In this document: in pieces, positions 10,401 to 22,400 of the stretch
Layout of the letters: each line of letters begins with the position of its first letter
Position numbering within the stretch: the stretch's first letter is position 1
Assembly (NCBI RefSeq): GCF_026571515.1
Contig: NW_026862419.1
Location: 1-64,000, forward strand
Direction of reading: 5' to 3'
From: Ruditapes philippinarum
Lineage: Eukaryota
Length of the DNA: 64,000 bases
The notes under the pieces: model-generated
What the model was told of the DNA's origin: nothing
The model's input: only the letters and a program-made list of their open reading frames with translations
The model's database searches: none
Position numbers and translations under genes: made by a program

Positions 10401-13400
10401 ATACAGATTATGGATAGTATTTCAACTAAAACAGAATGAACAAACATTTATTTTTAAATGTATAAGATTAGGCCTGATATTTGATATAGAAATCAGCACT
10501 TCACAAACGCCAAATTTCATCTTATCAGTAATTGCGCTTTAAGATATGGCACCGAATTTTCATTTGTTAGAAGCATGCATTTAATAATGATATATTATTG
10601 CACATAAATTATAGTTTCAATGGATAAAAGCAACACGAAAAAGATATGTATACAAATTTTCTTGGTTATTTTTCAATGCCGTGGAATTTGGTTCATTACA
10701 AATAATATTTAAAATATCTTTTTTGCAGGACAGTGAAAGTATTTGTGCTTCACAGAAATCTTGCTTAAAAGAATCTGAATTACAACGAAAACAGGAATCT
10801 GAATCTAAACCGGAAGTTAAAGTATGTGATATGTCAAACGTCTAGAATTTATCTTTGTATTAGTATACATGTAAATAACTTGTTATGTTATTTATGAAAG
10901 CATCTTTCTTCCTTCCATTTAAGAATCCTTTAGCTTGGAGAAATTAGGCTAAATCCAAGTCAGTGCGCGTACATACTTTAAATAAGGTAAACAGGTTATA
11001 CTTGCAAACAAAAGGAAATGATTGATACTACGTTAATGAGGATAAAACAACGTTTCAATAAACTTTTTATGGTAGTGAAGTCTAGTGATCAAACAAAGTA
11101 CAAGTAAAATCATTCTTCGAGCTCTTTCAAGGCAAACAAAAAAAAACGCTCTTTATGCCTTCCTTAGTTTGGAAAGATAAATTGTCCTACGTTATGCGTT
11201 GTTCTAACTGTCAGACATAGTTATAAATCACTTTGTCTTTTAAATTACGTATCCACGTAGTTATAATTGTTGCGAAAAAAATTGTAAATTTAAAAATGAA
11301 AATTTGGTAAATTTTTTACCTATAATTTAATATTTTAGTCTTTTTAAAAAAATTAAAAATTAAAAAGGCCCCACGTTTTGGAATGTCATTTTTTGGGTAA
11401 GTTTCCCTTTGAAAGAGTTTGATTTTTTAATTGTTTGGAAAAAAAACCGATCTTCGCCGCCACCCATTAATTAGGAAATTTTTGGAAAACAGTCTAACCT
11501 TTGGGGAAAAACTGAAAGACCCCTTTTAACGTAGATTGGTTTTTTTGGGACCAAAATTTTCCCATTTAAGTTGCGGCAAAAAAAATCCCAAATTTTTCAA
11601 GTTTCCCAGCAAACTTAAAAACCCTTTTTTAAGTTGCAAAAAAAATTATACTTATGGTAAGTTGCAACAAAATAAACCCATTTTAAGTTGCAGCAAAATA
11701 TACCCTTTTTAAGTTGCAGCCAAATATACCCGATTTTACCAAAGACTAAAAAGATATGGATATCATTTTATTACAATATTCTCTTTAAATAAGTAAGCGT
11801 AACACAATGTCCAAAATAAGTAAGCGTAACACAATGTCCAAAATATAATTATAAATGTTACTATAATAGACTTCTTTTAGATTTCAAAGGAAAGAAATGG
11901 ATAATCAATGAACTATATACCAAAAAACGATAATTTACAAAGAGGCTTTTCATTGTTGTATGACTAACTATTTGCCAAATAAAATGTTAATTGTATTTGT
12001 AATTAACTCTCCGGTCAAGCATTGTTATGTTTCACTTATTTATTATTACACTTATTATTGATTAACTTATTATGGTTGATACAGCTTTTCAGCAAGGCTA
12101 TTTACATTTACTTTATATATAAAGCACTATGTGATCAATACCTGCAATAAGTTATTAAATATAATTATAATTTATATATAAGCTTCTCCTCCTTTGCCTG
12201 GCTAGACAGAAGCGCTAAATTATTTACATACAAATATTTGTCTGTTTTCCAATTTTTCAAGGCAGTTGGTATTTTAATAACTCACTTATTAATTTATCTA
12301 TTACATATGTTAAATATTTGTCTTTATTTCAATTTTAACTAACATCACTTCCAGAAATAAGTTTTAATGTTTTGGGAGTTATCTGTGACCTTTTTTCAAT
12401 GATTTATTTAACCATTTCAAGTCCAAGGATGAACATTATCTAAAATAACTTACAGATACATTTTAATATTATAATCATTATTAGATTGACCGTCCTATAA
12501 TTTCAGTGTTTAAACGTTGAGCCAGATATTCTTAAAGCAATACTTGGTGGAATAGATCCAACCAAAGCTTGTGATTTTCTGAAACTCTGTAATGATGGTA
12601 AGAAGCTGTTCTTAATTTTGTTTTCTCTGTTCATTTAGTGACAATTTCAATCAGCTTTATTTACATAATAAGTATCCATATAAGTTAAATCGTTACGCCG
12701 TACACAATTTAAAAACACTATAATTGTAAAATTCTGAGAGAATATTTTAAAAATGTCTCCTATCTGGTATTGCGCTCCTTGTGGTAATTGGTGATGCACC
12801 GTTTGAGTCAATCTACTGCATTTTATCTTTATATTCAGATCTATCCCGTTACTAACAGTTACTGTATATTTTGACGTGCAATTGAAGATGATCTCAGTAG
12901 TTAGCCACTGTCATAAACTAACATAATACAAAAATGTATATCACTTTACCTGCAGAGGTTTCTAAATTCAACATTTCACCATTTTCATGTTTAAATGAGC
13001 CAGCGCTAAAAGAAGTGGGTGTAACTTGCATTTTACAGTACCGTCCATGAACAGGCTTAATCAAACCGAGCCTGCAGCATGTTCAATATCGTCGTTTGGG
13101 GCGTTCTTTAGGAATTCCGTTCCTATATTCTATGTAGTACAATAAATAAAAATAAAATTATTTTCACAGAGCATGACATGGAAATAACTTGTTGCTTTAT
13201 GAGGAATAAAAAAAGCTATTCGGAATGAATGGTATATATAGTAAAATAATACAAAAGACAACAGAATGTAAAACTGTTCTAATTAATTTTTTTTTTAAAT
13301 TTCAAAGGTGGAAAAGTTCCAATCAGTTCACAATACATCCCATGCGACGTCTGCAAGGAAACATTGGAGTCCATGGCAGGAGAGGTAAATTAAGAGAGAC

Positions 13401-16400
13401 ACAAGTAACCTTAAAGTCATTTCCATAAAGATGGTCATGTTAGATAATTATTAGTTTTGTATTGCTATATCATTTACAAAAAGAGCAAGTCTCAATATTT
13501 GATCAAACTGTTTTTAACAATGATCAAAAACTGGTGTATTAAAACCTTGTTAGGCATTTAGAATTGGTTCATGAGCTCACATACAGTGGAAGTAACATTA
13601 TATTTGATCTAATTGAAATATCAGTAACATGTATTTGATGAGATTTGCCATTTGATTTGTCAAAGAAATTATGTATTTTAGAATACTCTTAAAGCAATAA
13701 TTGGTCATATTTGATACTTTGGCACCACTTTGCTGATTACTAGTTTCGTAATCATTTGAACTTGTTTCTACGTCACTAATGTCTTTAAAAGAATAGCTTA
13801 GTTCATCTTTATTCAGAAAACAATGGCTTTGATGTCAATGTCAACAGCTGCGTATCAGAAATACTGAATCACCAATTTATTACGTTGTCATGGTATCAAT
13901 GCAATCTTCGTCGCCTATGTCACTTTCACTGTCATCTCCACCATTTTCTTTGTGGTCATTATCGTTGTTGTCGTCATCAATATCAACGTTTAGATTATTA
14001 TACATTGAACTGACCTATGATAGCGATGATTATACAAAAACATTTGTGTTTCCTTGTTGACAGACATCTTTTCTTCTTTTGTCTATTTATAGATCGGTAT
14101 AGGAATCTGCTATCAGTTTAAAGATGTATGTGGTTATGAAGAAACTCAGACTGAAATGCACGAAAATCTCAAGTTAATTCCAAAAATTGATTATACCCTG
14201 GATGAAGAGGAATCGGAAAATTTGAAGGTATTTTTTTACTCCTTACCTGCTTGAATCTTTCTTTTTGAAGTTATTCTTTACTACTTGATGATTAATTTTT
14301 TGTTAAATACTCACTCAGCTCAATATAAGGAAAATAGGACAACACGATCGGACACGTACCATTATATTGGTGAAAAAGTATATATATATAGAAATATACA
14401 TAATAAAGAAAGAGAACACAACCTAATTTCACCAGCCAATTAAGCAGATAACTTTTATGTCAAATGTATTGTATTGTGACTGTTTGTTTAGTTAACTGGT
14501 TGTATGTTTAAAGAATATCATTTGCCTTCTTTAGATAGGACTAACACATATTTTATTACATTTAGAGAATATATGTAGAGCATGTTAGAACGTCTGTGGT
14601 TCTAATCAGGTGCCCAATCGTGTCTGAAATAAAGAAAGGAAGGGCACCTAAGGTCTTCCTCAAAAGTAGCCATATGGTCTATAATATGTCGGTGCAACGT
14701 AAAAAAAAAGGAAGAAAGAGCATGTTATAGGCTTTTCTCCTGACGAAAGTAAAGCTTTATAGAGTAGTATTTTAATTTCAAAATTTCCATACAAACTACT
14801 ACAGTACTGCAACTGTACAATTTGCCAAAAGGCAACAGAAGCAAATAAAAGATTGTTGAGAAAATGACAAATAAGTATCATTTTAGAATAATTTTAGAAA
14901 CTTACGCAACACCAAAACAAAAAAGCTTTGCCATATTGAATTTGTTGATATCAGCATTAATTTTGACGAAGAATGGATTAACTCGGTATAATATTAGTTG
15001 TTGTTTTTGTTTTTCTTCAGGAGGATGCCAAGTGCGAGATTTGTAAATACATAATTCAGTTACTGAACGAAGCAGTAGGAACGAATGCATCAATTGCACA
15101 AGTCAACAATACTCTGTTTGAAATATGCTCATACCTACCGGACAATATAAAAAGTTTGGTGAGAGAGATATTGCTAAGCCTTACTATAGATCTTATATTT
15201 TTCTTGTCTGTAACTATCTAAGTACATTTGTTATATATATTCGTATTTGAACTTACTGAACTAGCTTGAGCCACACACAACGTTTTATCATAGCACGTGC
15301 AAATATACAGGTTTACAAAATTGATACAGATCGCTTTCTAATGTTTGCCATATGCCATAAACTATAACATTTATAAAGATGAAATTTGATTATCAAAGAG
15401 CTTTAAATCCATAAGAAAACATGACCACGTTGGTACCAAATAAAAAGTGCGCACACAGGGCCATGTTTGTTCGTACGAGGAAAATAGCTATCACCTGTGT
15501 GTGTACTTGTGCTTGAAATATTACTGAGGACAAATTATCTTCACCTTTACCCTCTGTTTGGATCGTGCTTATACCTAAATGGTGTTATTGTAACAGCATT
15601 TAGTATATGTAGATTCTTTTTGCACTGGTTGTTGCACAATGTTTAAGAAATCCTCGTTCCATAAGGCGTGGGGCATATTTCAACATCCATTATCTCTGTA
15701 GAACACAACAAACTGATACTTGAATCGTCTCGCGTTTGTTTTTATTTATATTTGTAATGCTCAATATATTTATATTTAAATTTATTTTTTCTTTACAAAG
15801 TGTCCTTTGTTTATACCAAGCCTTGAAAAAGCTCTTGCTGATGGATTGGACCCTACAAATACATGTATTGCTTCGAACTTTTGTCAGAGTAAGTTTAAAT
15901 TAACGTTTAAGTATTAACTATGTAACTTACACACATTTGAACTGATACTTAATAATATAATAAGAGGATATTTTTTCGTTTGAGTGAAATATGGAATATA
16001 TTTTCACGAAACATGAAAATATGTGGCATTTTATCATGTTGAGTGAAAATATATACCATATTTCACGAAAAACGAAAAAATAACCTTTTTATTTAATTTC
16101 ATTATCAAAGAAAAATGGTTACAAACCCTATTGCTTGCTACGCAACTGCAATTGTACAGCGCGCAGTAATTTATATTGCGTCTTGTTTTGCACGCGATAT
16201 TTGGCGCTACATTGTGAGGTCACGTAAACAACTGTTTAAACGTCTGTATAGCGTTAATAACTGAAATAGAGGATATTTAATGAGTGTAGTTTAATACTAA
16301 ATTTATTGAACGAGTTGAATAAAATCATATTATGCGAGCCTAAGGCGAGCATAATATTGTTTTATTCAACGAGCTCAATAAATTTAGTATTAAATCTACA

Positions 16401-19400
16401 CGAATATAATATTCTATTTATCACATATGTAAAATAAGAACAGTAAACTGTTACAATGAGTTATTTTTCAATGACGCGCCCATAGTGTAACGCTAACATT
16501 AGCGCGCTTTAACGCTATGTTTCTATATAGCGCAAATGACGTCACGTCAAAGTGTTATTACACTAGTGTAATATCGTTTTTATTAAATGGCTTTATTACA
16601 CTCCTGCGCCGCGGTTTATGTGATAATTATAGATATTGGTGTTCGGATTAATTTTCTTAGTTAGACCATTTTCTATCATTCTAGATAGTTTTCAAAGCAA
16701 AATTCAACAAAACGTTGTTTTTTATTTATCAGATTTTTCAAACAAAATGGCGAAAGAAGTCCCTTAAAATAAATATGAGTTTTAACTCCGCCCACTTTCA
16801 TGTTTTTATTTCATATTTATTTTTAAAAAATATGAAATATATTTGACTGATATAGCACCATATTTCATGGATAGAATTAAATAATTGTTCATATTTCACA
16901 CTGGTTTTGATATTTTTATAAATGTGCTTTTGTATCAAATTTTAAAGCTTTATAATTTTGCTTAGTTGAGATTTGTTACTACAGAATTAGGGTTTGATTT
17001 TATGTTTTCAAATTGTATATAAAACATTCGTTTATCTTACACTTTATATCACTTATTTCGGTTTATAAACTACATTTTTGTTTTGTTTTATAGAAACAGA
17101 ATCAGCGTTTGTATCTATTGAAGACCTAAAATGCACAGTTTGCGCACAAATTGTCGAAACTCTCCCCGGGGTTGAATCTTTTAGAGTATGTACCAATTGC
17201 TTTTTTTTTAAATTATACTTTTAGGAAAACATTATGAAAACTAACAAAATAGCTTAAATATGTTCATGAAAATGTATTAGTGGTACATATGACTGTAATC
17301 ATAAAAGGATTTGAGCATGTGACGTTTTTCTGACTTAAGATTTCTTTTAAATAAGTTACCAGTCTCTGTCAATAAAATTAATTAAGAATTCAATATTATA
17401 CAAAAATATATACTCCTATAACTTATAACTATATGCTACGATGTAGAAATTATTGTAGTGTTTTGTCAAGTGATACATGATTATATCACTTAAGTTTTTC
17501 TTTTATTGAGTATGCATTATTGATATTTTTGTACAGAAATCATTGTCATTTGATAATAATAATAATTTGACATGTATGTTGGACCAGGTGAAGAACGGTA
17601 TTTGTAACAATGTTTGTCACAACAGACACCGTAGATCAGCTGACACGGAATCTTCACTACTCTATCAGGCGGAAGATGCTATGAAGTCAGCAAAGTCTGG
17701 TTTGGTAAGTTAAATAGTGATGTGCTACCTATATATTAATTTGTTAAATGCTTATTAAAACTACAAAACGCAGTTATTTCTATTATTTTCCAAGACAAAA
17801 ATCAAGAACTGGTGTTCCATTAGAGTTACTTAAATTTCTCATTGGAAATATAGGTTCACCATCTTTTATTTATGTTTTAGTTTTATTAAATGTTTGTCAA
17901 TCGCCTCCCCCCCCCATATAACTATTCTTCTTCACGTGATAAGCAACAAATACATTATAAAAAAGAAACATGATAAAACACCGGTTAACACGATAAATGG
18001 CCAAATATAAATGTATGTTAGCAACTGCATGAAAGCTTCTTTTAGAATTTTCTTTAAGTCTATAGATACTATAAATGTCTCGACTGTTCAACATAATCGA
18101 TATATGTGCAAAATAAAACAAAACCTCTTGTATATTATTTCTTTATGCTGATATAAGATGACTTTAGCTACCTTATCTTACAAAGACATTTTGTTTATTT
18201 TATTTTTACAGTTGTAATGAACATTACCATCTCTTTATTGCCAGTTTGTATCTTAAACTACATGTAGTTGCTGTACAAAGTACAGGCTATGTGAACATAT
18301 TACATGAATCATATCCTATTCTATTGATAAGTATTATGTATTTTATGCATAATATGAAAAAATGGCCAAGTTAATTTATACAGAAATACATCGAGTTGAA
18401 CATTTTTATGAATGCACATACATGTATCTGCTGATATGCATTTAGGATATTAATTGGGTGTATAATCACTAATATCTGTTGATTGATAAGTATCTCAGCA
18501 GGTTCTTTAATACTCTAAAATATTATGTTTCATTCGTCGTTATTTTGTTACAAATATTCTTTACCCTAACACGTATAACGTCTAGTTTTTTTTTATGTTA
18601 TTACTCATGTATATTATCCGTACGTATAGATGGCATTTGTGTGACAATTTGTTTCGGTTTTCCTGAGTAATGTCATACCCATACTTTGGGGACCTAGAAA
18701 TTGCTCTATAATAGTATAATGTGGATTTTGTAGAAAATGAAAGGGATTCAAACTTACAACCCACAGAATATAAGACTGAGAGTCTACCCATACGCCATCT
18801 TTCTTCGAATATATCGATTATCATCCTTAAAATTGAATATAATTCTAGATTGCACGACCGCACATGAAACTTATCGCCATCCGAATATACGAAACAGCAG
18901 ACGATAACTCATAGATTATTTAGACTGAATGTGAAAATTAAAAGAGAAATTATAGAAATATTTTAATTTACAGAAAGGACTGGCAGAATGTGAAATTTGC
19001 AAGGTTTTTATCCGTTCACTTGATGGGTTGGCTGGGGAAAATGCCAGTATTGAGACGGTGAACAACACAGTCTATGAAATATGCACGCGTCTTACCGGAA
19101 TACAGCTACAGCAAGCGGTAGGTTTAGATAACGTTTTAATATAATTGTATATCTGTGACATCAGTTTTCGTCCTTGGAATCGGTAGAAAGAGTTTAAAGT
19201 CGCATTGTAATAGAATTTAACAATTCAGTCGGTGAATACAGTGAGTTCAACGTAAAAAATACAAGCAAATATCAAAAAAGGGGGGAAAGCTCACGGAGCT
19301 CAGCCCTTGACAGTAGCTAGCTAAATTAAAACCTTTGAAAATGACGGGGGAACTTCAAATTTGTGATTTTATCATATATTACAAATGTATTACAATTCAA

Positions 19401-22400
19401 TAATTTCTGTTGATATTTGAAGAATGTATATGATTAAAACAGGAAAGACAACTAGTATTAATAGAATTTAAGATAAATGGGAAATTCCTATCCACCTTTC
19501 TACTAGAAATATTCCTGTGACTTTTCAATCATATGCAAAACTGGTGAAACACAGCTTGACATGCAACCATAATCTTTCATGCTCATTATTTTATATGTGT
19601 TTCTTATTGATTAACATACTATCAAGCTTGAATATTTAATGCCACTTTCAGAATTTTAGTAAAATATGAATATTTACTTAATCATTTATAATGCTTACTT
19701 CAGTTTTTTATTGCTCTCTTATGGTCGTTTTATTTTTATAATTATGCTAATAATTTGGTCTTGTATGACAATTTTAACAGTGTCTACAAAAGGCTCCTGA
19801 ACTAACTGTTATTCTCAAGAAAGGTCTGGACCCAGAAAAGACTTGTGTATCAGCAAAATTCTGTACTGAACATGAACATGAAGGTAAAATTAGCATTTTA
19901 TTTTGTATAATTATGTAAGATTATACAATCGTTGTTAACAAATATACATATACATGTATTTCTATATATACGTGACGTGTTGAGCTACTGTTTTAATCAA
20001 AATGTTTCTTCGAAATATATTTAGAAAATAGAATATATATGAATATGCGTATATAACCAGTGATTCCAAATTAATGGGCATATTAAATATTTTTCATAGA
20101 TCTGTTCAACAATAATTATTATGGGTAACTCAGTAACCATCTTGCCATTTTACTGAATTTACAAATTTAATCAATAAATATTTTCTTTCAATGGTAACAC
20201 TAATATGTAATGGCAAACAGGTTCTAAAATGGAAATGTTTGTAAATTTGGGCGTTACTTTTTAAATAAAAATTAGAGTACGGTCTAAACTTTAAACATGT
20301 ACATGTCAGCATAATTATGCTTTTAATAAAACACCAGATATATTGTACATTCTATAAATTACAGTGAAAATCCAGAAAAGAGCAGTACACGAAGAAGAGG
20401 TAAACTATAATAAAAATATTATTTTAAAACATAATATACAACTGTAACTTACACATTTTATTAAACGAGAACAAAGTTACTGATTGGGAACGTACATGTT
20501 TACACATGCATTTATGAGGAATATATACATATGTATCAGTAAGTAATACGACCTTAGTCATAGATATGAATTGTGCGATACTTATTTTGAACTGATTCGG
20601 TTTTCATTTAATATTAACTCCATTTAAACATCTTTCAATTGTACGTTAAAGGGAAATAATATACAACTATAAAACATGCTAATGAGGGTAAAAGCATTTC
20701 CTCTTTCTCGTGATGAATTCAGTTTATTTTGAATGTGTTCCTTTAACAATCGAGTAGTGTCGGGTTTTTTTAAAGATTTTGAATATACATGTATATTTGC
20801 AGTTTAGCTGCTTATACACGTAATTGCAAAAGCGTGTTATGTTAATATTTGTGTAATGGGTTTAATCAAACGGTTATTCTTCGATTTGTAGGAGTCTATC
20901 CTGATGAAAGCTATCAGAGAGAAAGAGAGGCATAATGTTGTAAGTCATTTAACATACATACCACATTGTACACTTTGTAACAATTTTTTTATGTTAACTG
21001 TTTTTTTTTCTCAAAATATTGTGGAAAAGAGAAAAACGGAACCCCTTAGGAACGCCTGAAATGACAAAATTGAAAATTCTGCAGGCTCATATATATATTC
21101 AAAGCAGAAGTTTACAGATGTTTTATCTTTGCTATCATAATTTCTAAGTCTTAACATTTCAATTTTTAGAGACAACATAGTTTATAGACAAGTATGTACT
21201 TTTAAATGTAAAGTAGGCTATACACTTTATACACCCAGATTAATGAAATACGTAAATCTAAAATGCCTTGTATATTAAATGTTATTCGGTTGACATTCAA
21301 CCATTGCATTGTACTGTAAGATATACGAACGATAAAAGAGATTATTATATTAGAAATTTACACACAATTTTCTGCAATCTTTATTATTTATTATGGCAGT
21401 TTTATTTTTACTACCTAATTATATTTCCAACTTGCGTAGGTAATGAACAAAACAGATATGAAGGATAAATCATGGAAGGCTAAAAAGCAATAATGTTATT
21501 CTGCATAACTATATTTGTAGAAGATAATATCTACGTATATTAAAAAAAGAGTTTAGATATAATAAGTCAAAAAGTCTTAAATCATGTAAAGATTTGAGAA
21601 AAAATAAACTAAACGTATTTTTGAACCTTTTTTTAACATTTTGATTAAAGCATTTATTAAAAAGTGGAGTATATATCAACAAAAAAAAAAAACAAATTAA
21701 CATATGAACGAAGAAGCAACACAAAATACCCAAAATCATCAGTTTTAGGGCCATTTGAAATCATTTTTTGTCATATCTCAACCGTCAGTCATCCGAACCG
21801 GCTTTTATCGATAACTAACCTGTTGTTTCCAATTTCTCTGCAAGTAACTACTAATCCCATATGATTGTGAGAGAAAAATGACCCTATGTCTGAATATCCG
21901 ATAACAATTGTCACGAAGAAGTTCGAAGAAGGATCGAACCAGCAACCCCTGGATTACACATCCGAAGCCCTCAAAATTGAGCTTAGCGCACATCCGAAGC
22001 CTTCAAAATTGAGCTTAGCGGTTGGATTGTAAATTGGACGCATATATGGAACGTAGATAGATAACGCAAACCATTTTGTTCTTTAATTCTAATACAGGGT
22101 GACGTGGCATGCGACTTATGTGAAGGAGTTATAGAAATCTTAGACAATCTTCTAGAAGACAATGCCACCGATGAAAAGATCAACCAGACATTGTATAATC
22201 TGTGTAGTGGTCTACCTAGTGGAGCTTTCCAGGACCTGGTATGGTGTTAAAATTTAATGCACATTTGAAATGTGCTTAAGTTTATCTTTTAGACAAACTA
22301 TGAATAATGTTCCGGATTGAATGTTGAAATTTGTTTAATCAGATATCATTTGAGGACAAAGACAATATGTTCGTTATTCCAATCTGGTTAAATGGTTTGA

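Noticed and set aside
21957-22020. ~32 bp direct repeat (cacatccgaagcc.tcaaaattgagcttagcg x2)
   Set aside because: Simple local intronic duplication with no further structure.
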